The notes under the pieces are model-generated. The model was not told where the DNA came from. It searched no databases and was given only the letters and a program-made list of their open reading frames with translations. A stretch of DNA of 64,000 nucleotides from Eledone cirrhosa (Eukaryota), in assembly GCA_964016885.1 (NCBI GenBank), contig CAXHJY010001390.1:1-64000 (forward strand). Reading direction: 5' to 3'. Position 1 is the first letter of the stretch, and every line of letters begins with the position of its first letter. Positions 54,538-64,000 of this stretch are shown in pieces. The position numbers and the translations under genes are program-made.

Positions 54538-57092
54538 CTAAAAATAAATAATGGAATATATCAGCTGATGGGTACAATTTGAACTACTAGAACGTTTAGA
54601 TTTATAATAAAAGTATGAATTAGAAATAGCGTGGGGGCAAGAAGAGAATATCTCAGACTTTCTATTAAGTAAGGGTACGCTAGAGAAAATTATATAGTGT
54701 GTCTCAAGGATGCAGAGATTACAAAACTTAGTATGTGTAGAAAGGTGGTTAGAGCGTGCTACTAAACGCCAGTTAAGGCTATATGGTATATTAGCTCCCT
54801 TAAGATCCCAGATATAATGTGCTAAAGAAGTGGAATTCTTAAACCTAACATGTTTGAAATTGGAGATATGGGAGTTAAATCTAGTCTTAAAAGAGTTAGA
54901 TGTGGAGCCTATATAAGTTCTATTAGAGGAATTAGTTGTAACTTCGCAAGCATAGACAATGTTCTTAGAAAGGCAGTTACCGTTTAAAGGGCAGTTAGCA
55001 CTCACTCTACAATTACACTTCCGGGTGTTATTGGTTGGCTCAAGTGGTGATGCATTACACGTAGGGTTGCTATTAGATAAGGACTGTTCCGGTGGTAATG
55101 CATTGCCAGATCTGTTCAGACTAGTAGTATGTAGAGAGGAGAATCCATCCCTAATTTTCCTATTATTAGTGTTAGCTAAATGAGAACTAATATTAGGGGT
55201 GGTAGAGAATGAAAGTTTAATAACATTTTTATTAAAAATACAATGGTATTTATGAGAAGGGGGGAAATTTTTCTCTAAGATGGAGAAGAAAGACCTAGGG
55301 ATATTAGTTGATACTTCCTGATTATATGGCGGGTTAAAATAAGTATTTAATCGCCTTCTATTCTTATTCTTACGGACTCTACCATTATCAAATATCCCGC
55401 CATCGAGACTAGGGTTACTACAAGGATTGGTTAAAGCCGCATTCGTAGAATCAGCCAAAATTTCATTAAGTCTATTACAGTTTCTACCTCCAGTAGATCT
55501 TCTGCTGCCCGGAATCCCATCAAACGGATTGGGGCCAATGATAGGATCAGTAGGAGCAACATTACCAGAATAATATCCAGCAAAATTATCACCAATGTGT
55601 GAGCGCTCAGGGGGTTCTACTTGTTTCCTAGAGGTATTATATTCACTATTACGAGTCCTGTGGTTTAAATTATGGATGGGTTCAGATACACCCATATAAT
55701 TTTTACGGTTACTATGTCTGCTACTCCCATTCATGGCCATGTTATGTGATATTATGTTATTATTATTAAAGGTAGGCGGAGATTTTCTAAGGTTACTATT
55801 ATTATAGTGTATTTTACTAGAGTAACCTGAATTTGCTAGGGCCTTATTATAGTACTCAGCATGTTCATTAAAAGTTCCTACGTCCTTAGAAAGTGTGGAA
55901 ATCCTATTAGATACACCCTTAATTATAGAGCTTATCATAGACTTGGGGTGGTTAGAATTGGGACTAACATAAGAAAGTATTTCATTAGGCTTATGGAAGG
56001 GTTTAAAACTATTAGTGACCAAGTCCAAAGTCACATCTAAAAAGTTAACCGCTCTATCATTTCTATCTATCGTGATCGAAAGGTTATAGCTTTTAAAAAA
56101 CTTATAAAGCTTCTTATTATTATGTTCTACATTGTTGGTGCTAGAGTTAATTACAAACAATGCATCATCACGATACAGTCCACCTATAAGGTGCGGGAAG
56201 GTAGCATATAGTTCATTAAGGAGGAACAACCCAACAAGATCTGTAACCTGGGCCGAATCACTCGAACCCATTGTAACGTCGAAATTATTGGGCGTGTTTT
56301 TACGGGTCCAAAATGTGTCCTCAAATTTAATAATATATTTACGAGCTGCTAGTATAATATCTACCTGCGATCGTGTAAGGATGGACACTCTCATGGCCAA
56401 CATTAGAGCTTTATTGAGGAGGATGGGTGAAATTGATGTGTAGTAGGCATCAATATCAAATTGGATAAACTTATTAAATTCAAGTCTATTAATCCCGGAG
56501 AACCAATCTATAACTTCCTTAGTGTTCCCCATAGGTTAAAATTAACCTTATCCCTAACATCAGGTATAATAAGGTCAAGGATTTTCTTGCTGATAATAGC
56601 TATATCAGACTTAGAAGGACAGATGAGTCTAACAGAGGTGTTACTAATAAAATCAACCTTATGATCCTTAAGAGTGAATCTCGGTTCTCGAGGGTAATAT
56701 GGCTGGGTATACTTCTCGAGGCCGAGGTCTGAGACAATTCTAACGCCCTCACTATTAATGTGGTTCAGATTCTCAAGCGTAGTTTTTTTTATAGTTTCTA
56801 TGCAGCTCCTTATAAATAAAGTCGCGGTAAGCACTATAATCCATGGAGTATAGATTCTTAGTTTTATCAGCCGGGACAAGAATGGACTTATTCTCACCGA
56901 AACCCGTAACAATATTTTTAAGTCTAGACTGGAACTTGTCAAAATTATTATAATTTCTATGTCTATTACCTGGCCTATACCTAATATTTTTGACAAGAGA
57001 AAGTAAGTCACTTTCAAAACTGTCTAAAAGAATATTGTGTGGTGGGCTCTTATAAGTTTTGAAGCCGTAGTTATTAAAACTAGTAAACGTAG
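54538..57092 (-). pseudogene. PLE RT + GIY-YIG in three frames
   Basis: Motifs [70 protein letters not shown]. Confidence 0.9.
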
Positions 57093-57236
<144 letters not shown>

Positions 57237-58242
57237 TAAACAAAAAAAGTTCATTATTTAACGATCGTTTCTAGGATATATATGTTAGAATTGGCATGCA
57301 TATTCAACAGATCTATGTACAAAATTATACAAAATTATACAAACTATCAAAATTAAATATACATACCAACACATATATATGCCGTCTTCAGAAATAATGA
57401 AATATATTTATTGATAATAACAATTCAAAATTACAGGTCTGTTTGGGAACAGAGTTCAAATTGACCAATGAAAACACAAAAAGTTTATACAGTTAGGTGT
57501 ATGTATATATGTAAGTAACGTCGTTCACAGATATGCATAAAAATATATATGTTCACATGCATACGCATGCCGAAAAGATGTATGTAAATACAAAAATTCA
57601 GAGCTAATGTCTCTGTATGTTTATAATCTACAGATAAAATACGTATACGCATATAAACATATAAATATACACATTCATATACTCACACATATACATACAT
57701 TCACATACACACAACCACGAACATACATACACACACACACTCACACACACATATATGTGTATATACCATTATCATAAGCATATGGACATTAATGCGCGCA
57801 CATAAACACTGCCACACATATTTAGATCCAGATACAGAAAGTAGTTGGGGGGGGGGAAGAGGTCAGTATTCACTGGTGTCAGCAAACTGCCTATTTATAA
57901 ATGTATCTATAAATTTAGAAAGAAAAAGAAAAAGAAAAAGAAAAAGAAAAAGAAAAAGAAAAAAGAAAAATATTAAGAAAATATATATATATATATATAA
58001 ACAAGTAAAATATAAAATATACATCGATATACATACATATACATATATATATACATATACACATACACTTATATATATATACATACATATACATACACAC
58101 ACCATATAAATACATATACACATACACACACGCATACATATAGAGACATACATATACGCATATAAATACATAGACATATACATATATACACACATACATA
58201 TATATATATATACACACATACATATATATATATACATTCACA

Positions 58243-58289
<47 letters not shown>

Positions 58290-58329
58290 TAAACACACTC
58301 ATGTATATACACACATACACATACATACC

Positions 58330-58392
<63 letters not shown>

Positions 58393-58429
58393 TTATGGTA
58401 TTCTTACATTTATATGCATTATAGGCACT

Positions 58430-58945
58430 TAATGCATATAAATGTAAGAATACCATAAGTATACCACCAATACATCAAACTAACCATAATATCTCCTCAA
58501 ATACAGAATTAACGAAAGGTTGTAACTGTAGAAACAAAGCAAACTGCCCATTAAAAGGAAATTGTCTTGTTAACAACATAGTTTATAAATGTAATGTTAA
58601 AACTAAAGATTCTATTTGCTCATATATAGGAGCTACTTCTAACAATTTTAAGGTAAGGTTTAATACCCATAAACATAGTTTTAAAAATGCCGCACTGGCT
58701 AATACAACATCTCTAGCAGAAAAAATCAATAGTTATAAAAATAAGAATATAGAATATGATATGACCTGGAGTGTGCTCAAAAGAGCCACCCTTATCAAAA
58801 TAATAGAAATGAATGTAGATTATGTTCCCAAGAACTATTTGAAATAATGAAATCTAAGGATATCCTATTAAATAAACGACAGGAATTAATTATATCGTGT
58901 AATCATAAACTAAGAAAAACATTTAAATATTATAAACCTAATTAA
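58430..58945 (+). pseudogene. PLE GIY-YIG fragment (absent from the ORF track)
   Basis: KGCNCRNKANCPLKGNCLVNNIVYKCNVKTKDSICSYIGATSNNFKVRFNTHKHSF, read from ~58515. Confidence 0.88.
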
Positions 58946-59270
58946 TAACATTATTTTAGAAATTAATATATAATTTAATTTAAATGTTAGTTAACCTATA
59001 AATTTAATTTAATTAAAATTCTACTACAGATGAGATTATAAAATATTGTGTAATCATAAATTGTGAAAAACTTTTAAATATTACTAATATATACTTCGTA
59101 AATTAATTTGGTTAACCTAAAAATTTAATTTAATTGGCTTAAAATTAAAATCCTAATACAGATGGATTGCAGAGTGTCATGTAATCATAGACTGAGATAG
59201 GTTTTGGATGTATACCTAGTTAATATATTCTTTGCAATTTTTGAAAAAATATGTATATATATATATATAT

Positions 59271-59346
<76 letters not shown>

Positions 59347-59991
59347 GTGTATATATTAATTTTAATTTCTGTTTACCTATAATTATATTCTACTATAGAT
59401 AAAATACAATATCTGTTTTAATTATTATAAACCTAATTAACATATACTATAGAAATTAATATATAATTTTTAATTTAGTTAACCTATAATTTATATTCTA
59501 CTACCGATGTAATATTTTATTTGGTTTTTTTCCCTATTACTAAATTAATTTCCTAATATTGATACCATAACGTTAATAATTTTAATTTAGTTATACTATA
59601 GTTAATACTCTACTACTATTTAACTTCAAAATTCCGCTTCAAATATTATAAACCTAAGTAGTATACACCTTAGAAATCAATATATTGATTATCTTTAATT
59701 TAGTTAACCTATAATTAATAGTCTACTTATATTAAAATGCATAATTTTGCCTTCTTTCTTACATTTCCTAATACTGAAACTACTATGTAAACACATATTA
59801 TGATCTAAATGCAGATTAATATTCTATGTTTCTTGAAACCTATATTTACTATAATCCCCCCCTCCCCCCCCCCTATTATTATTTGTATTTGTAAGCGTGG
59901 ATGTATGTATATGTAGGTAGGTATGTATGTTTGGGTGTTTGTATGTGAGTATAAAAATACATATGTGCGCATGTAAATAAGGGTGTATGAT

Positions 59992-60048
<57 letters not shown>

Positions 60049-60162
60049 GTATCTATGTATTTATGTGGGTATATGTGTGTATGTAAATGTATGCGCATAT
60101 ATACGTCTATGTGTATATGTGTGTATATGTATATATGTACGTATGTGCGCATGTATATATGA

Positions 60163-60195
<33 letters not shown>

Positions 60196-60197
<2 letters not shown>

Positions 60198-60492
60198 CGA
60201 TATTGAATGAATGGAGGCTGTATTTGTAGGGCCATATTTGTTTCGTTATATATGTTTCAGGGATGTCATATTGACGATGTGTTGTGCCTTCTTCAGACAA
60301 AATACAATATAGACAGTTTTATAAATAAATAGATTTGACATACCGTTCAACATCGACTTGTATTTGAAAAGTTGATTTGGCAGTATTTTGTCTGGGGAAG
60401 GCATAACATGTTGTTAGTGTGATGTCCCTGAGGTATGTATGATGAAATAGATGTGGTTTTGTAGATGGAGTTTCCATTTATTTAGTATCGTA
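60196..60492. repeat. 110-bp inverted repeat with transition-biased divergence; HHR motif at 60241-60302 (-)
   Basis: Arms 60196-60305 and 60383-60492. Minus strand reads TTTTGT-CTGAAGA-AGG...CCT-GAAA-CATATA-TA-ACGAAA. Confidence 0.85.
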
Positions 60493-60576
60493 AATATACT
60501 CCAAATACTTGTTGAGTGCTTTTATATCAGTTATAAATATTTACTAGTTGTAACCCAACAATTTAAATATAACTTT

Positions 60577-60624
<48 letters not shown>

Positions 60625-60656
60625 AGTTGATGTGTGTATGTGTATATATATGTATG

Positions 60657-60697
<41 letters not shown>

Positions 60698-60791
60698 ATA
60701 TATGTGTATATGTATGTGTGTGTATATTTGTCTGACTGTGTGTATTAATTTATTTATTTATTTATTTATTTTATTTCTTTATTTATTTTTT

Positions 60792-60870
<79 letters not shown>

Positions 60871-61176
60871 ATATATATGTGTGTGTATATGTATGTATGT
60901 GTATATGTATGTGTATGTATATGTGTGTGTGTGTGTATGTGTGTATATATTTATATGTGTATATGTATCTCTATTTATATATGTATATATGTGTATGTAT
61001 ATCCCTTTATTTATGTATGTCTGAGTTGTGTGAGCGTGTGGTTGTGTTTGTATGTGTATACGCATACATGGATGTGTATGTATGTGTATATATGCGTATA
61101 TGTATGTGTGTATGTGTGTGTGTGTATATATGTATGTCAATGTATGGGTATGTATGTGTATGTATGTGTATATATA

Positions 61177-61245
<69 letters not shown>

Positions 61246-61338
61246 TATATTATATGTGTGTGTGTATATATATATATATCTTTGTATGTGTGTATGTGTA
61301 TATGTGTGTATGTATGTGTGTATATATATATATATACA

Positions 61339-61428
<90 letters not shown>

Positions 61429-61482
61429 GGTATGTATGTGTATGTGTGTATATACATGAGTGTGTTTATATATGTGTATAGA

Positions 61483-61551
<69 letters not shown>

Positions 61552-61791
61552 TGTGAATGTATATATATATATGTATGTGTGTATATATATATATGTATGT
61601 GTGTATATATGTATATGTCTATGTATTTATATGTGTATATGTATGTGTCTATATATGTATGCGTGTGTGTATGTGTATATGTATTTATATGGTGTGTGTA
61701 TGTATATGTATGTATATATATATAAGTGTATGTGTATATGTATATATATATGTATATGTATGTATATCGATGTATATTTTATATTTTACTT

Positions 61792-61838
<47 letters not shown>

Positions 61839-62422
61839 CTTAATATTTTTCTTTTTTCTTTTTCTTTTTATTTCTAAATTTATAGATACATTTATAAATA
61901 GGCAGTTTGCTGACACCAGTGAATACTGACCTCTTCCCCCCCCCCCCCACCTACTTTCTGTATCTGGATCTAAATATGTGTGGCAGTGTTTATGTGCCCT
62001 CATTAATGTCCATATGCTTATGATAATGGTATATACACATATATGTGTGTGTGAGTGTGTGTGTGTATGTATGTTCGTGGTTGTGTGTATGTTTATGCGT
62101 ATACGCGCGTGTGTGTGTGAATGTATGTATATGTGTGAGTATATGAATGTGTATATTTATATGTTTATATGCGTATACGTATTTTATCTGTAGATTATAA
62201 ACATACAGAGACATTAGTCCTGAATTTTTGTATTTACATACATCTTTTCGGCATGCGTATGCATGTGAACATATATATTTTTATGCATATCTGTGAACGA
62301 AGTTACTTACATATATACATACACCTAACTGTATAAACTTTTTGTGTTTTCATTGGTCAATTTGAATTCTGTTCCCAAACAGACCTGTAATTTTTAATTG
62401 TTGTTATTATCAATAAATATAT

Positions 62423-62576
62423 TTCATTATTTCTGAAGACGGCATATATATGTGTTGGTATGTATATTTAATTTTGATAGTTTGTATAATTTTGTATAAT
62501 TTTGTACATAGATCTGTTGAATATGCATGCCAATTCGAACACATATATATCCTAGAAACGATCGTTAAATAATGAA
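62423..62576 (+). ncRNA. Type-I hammerhead with a ~115-nt stem II domain (mirror copy 57250-57401 -)
   Basis: TTCATTATTT-CTGAAGA-CGGCATATATATGTGTT...AACACATATATATCCTA-GAAA-CGATCG-TT-AAATAATGAA. Confidence 0.78.
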
Positions 62577-62771
62577 CTTTTTTTGTTTAATATAAGGAAC
62601 TGTTTCATTGTTTTATTCATTATTTTTTTAATATTTTATCTTGACTCTGTATTCCGTTTATCTTTCACCGAAAGTGATTTTTCATTGCATCTCTTCTTTC
62701 CATGATATCCGGATTACATTGAGTTCTTCATACGGATTGGACACTACCGTAAACTCTTGGTAGATTTATCT

Positions 62772-63132
<361 letters not shown>

Positions 63133-63329
63133 ATATAAGATCAAAAGATGGTTAAAGGAGTTCCATGTATTTTATTATGCGCATTTCAAAAACAAACATC
63201 ATCATGCAATAATATTTGTGTTTTCATCAGATAAAACAGAACATGATATGAAGGCTAAAAAACACTTGTGGATAGTGCAGTTTTAAATCAACATATGAAA
63301 AGTGGTTTTAGATTGATGTGTGATATTGG

Positions 63330-63755
63330 GAAAAATATTTTATTTAGAGAGGGGGGGTGGAAAGGATGAAAAAGGGGAGGAGATGAGAGGGAGAGATGGG
63401 TGATAGAGAGAAAGAGATAGTTTTTATAACTGAGAGAAGATATATTGTTTTACATAGAGAGGTTGAAAACCGTTGGAAGATAATGTATAAATTAAAAGAA
63501 TTTGAAAATTAACGAAGGGAAGATATGTATGAGGAAAAAATATTTTATTTAGGGAGGGGGGGGTGGAAAGGATGAAAAAAAGGGGGAGGAGATGAGAGTG
63601 AAGGTGGAGAGGGAGAGATGGGTGATAGAGAGAAAGAGATAGTTTTTATAACTGAGAAAAGATATATTGTTTTACATAGAGAGGTTGAGAACCGTTGGAA
63701 GATAATGTATAAATTAAAAGAATTTGAAAATTAACGAAGGGAATTTATGTATGAA
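63330..63755. repeat. Purine-rich tandem duplication, ~205-220-bp unit
   Basis: GGGGTGGAAAGGATGAAAA...TTAACGAAGGGAA occurs twice. Confidence 0.85.
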
Positions 63756-64000
63756 GATAGAGAGAAAAAATAATAATTGTGGATGAATATTCTAACGTCA
63801 AAAAAAGTGTATGTTGATAAGTATTGTGGCAATTTCAAAATTAACGAAGAGAAAAAAATTATTAAGGTTTGTGTGTAGAAGGATTTGAGAAAAATAATGT
63901 GAAGTTAAAGTTTGTATATTGAAGGAATTGATATGTGCGAATAAAGAGTTAATATGTATTAAGAATGAGTTCGTTGATGGGGAGAAAAAAAATAATAAAT

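Larger units (their letters stand above)
52570..57092 (-). mobile_element. Penelope-like element, 5'-truncated and frameshifted, with a ~1.9-kb AT-rich 3' UTR
   Basis: RT/EN ORF fragments plus a terminal HHR. Confidence 0.88.
57237..62590. repeat. Large inverted repeat, ~1.15-kb arms (57237-58385 / 61385-62590); PLE inverted pseudo-LTR/3' UTR
   Basis: The arms are reverse complements, including their internal microsatellites. Each arm carries an HHR. Confidence 0.9.

Overview
Eukaryotic, gene-free and saturated with repeats. The SINE families resemble, from recall, those of Octopus, so a cephalopod origin is inferred. I see no host protein-coding gene; the many YI/IY-rich ORFs are translated (TA)n microsatellite. 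The window is a stack of retroelements, nearly all flanked by (TA)n tracts. It holds a degenerate Ty3/Gypsy element (1-3200) and two near-identical CR1/L2-group LINE copies (4661-9170 minus; 46749-50198 plus, with an intact 1006-aa APE-RT). It also holds RTE LINEs (one family carrying a PHD finger inside RT), tRNA-derived SINEs, and several families of Penelope-like elements (PLEs; RT plus GIY-YIG) with direct or inverted pseudo-LTRs. By eye I found about 18 type-I hammerhead ribozyme (HHR) motifs from roughly 9-10 families, plus one degenerate HDV-like motif. The most notable points are: in-phase -1 slippery heptamers joining ORF1 to an AUG-less ORF2 in both a PLE and the CR1-like LINE; a Myb/SANT + polyQ + 2xCCCH ORF1; a 110-bp inverted repeat whose 33 differences are almost all G-U-wobble compatible; snap-back hairpins at (TA)n junctions; recurrent AATAT 3' junctions; and a PLE-tailed RTE fragment. 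All alignments and folds were done by hand, and element boundaries are approximate.
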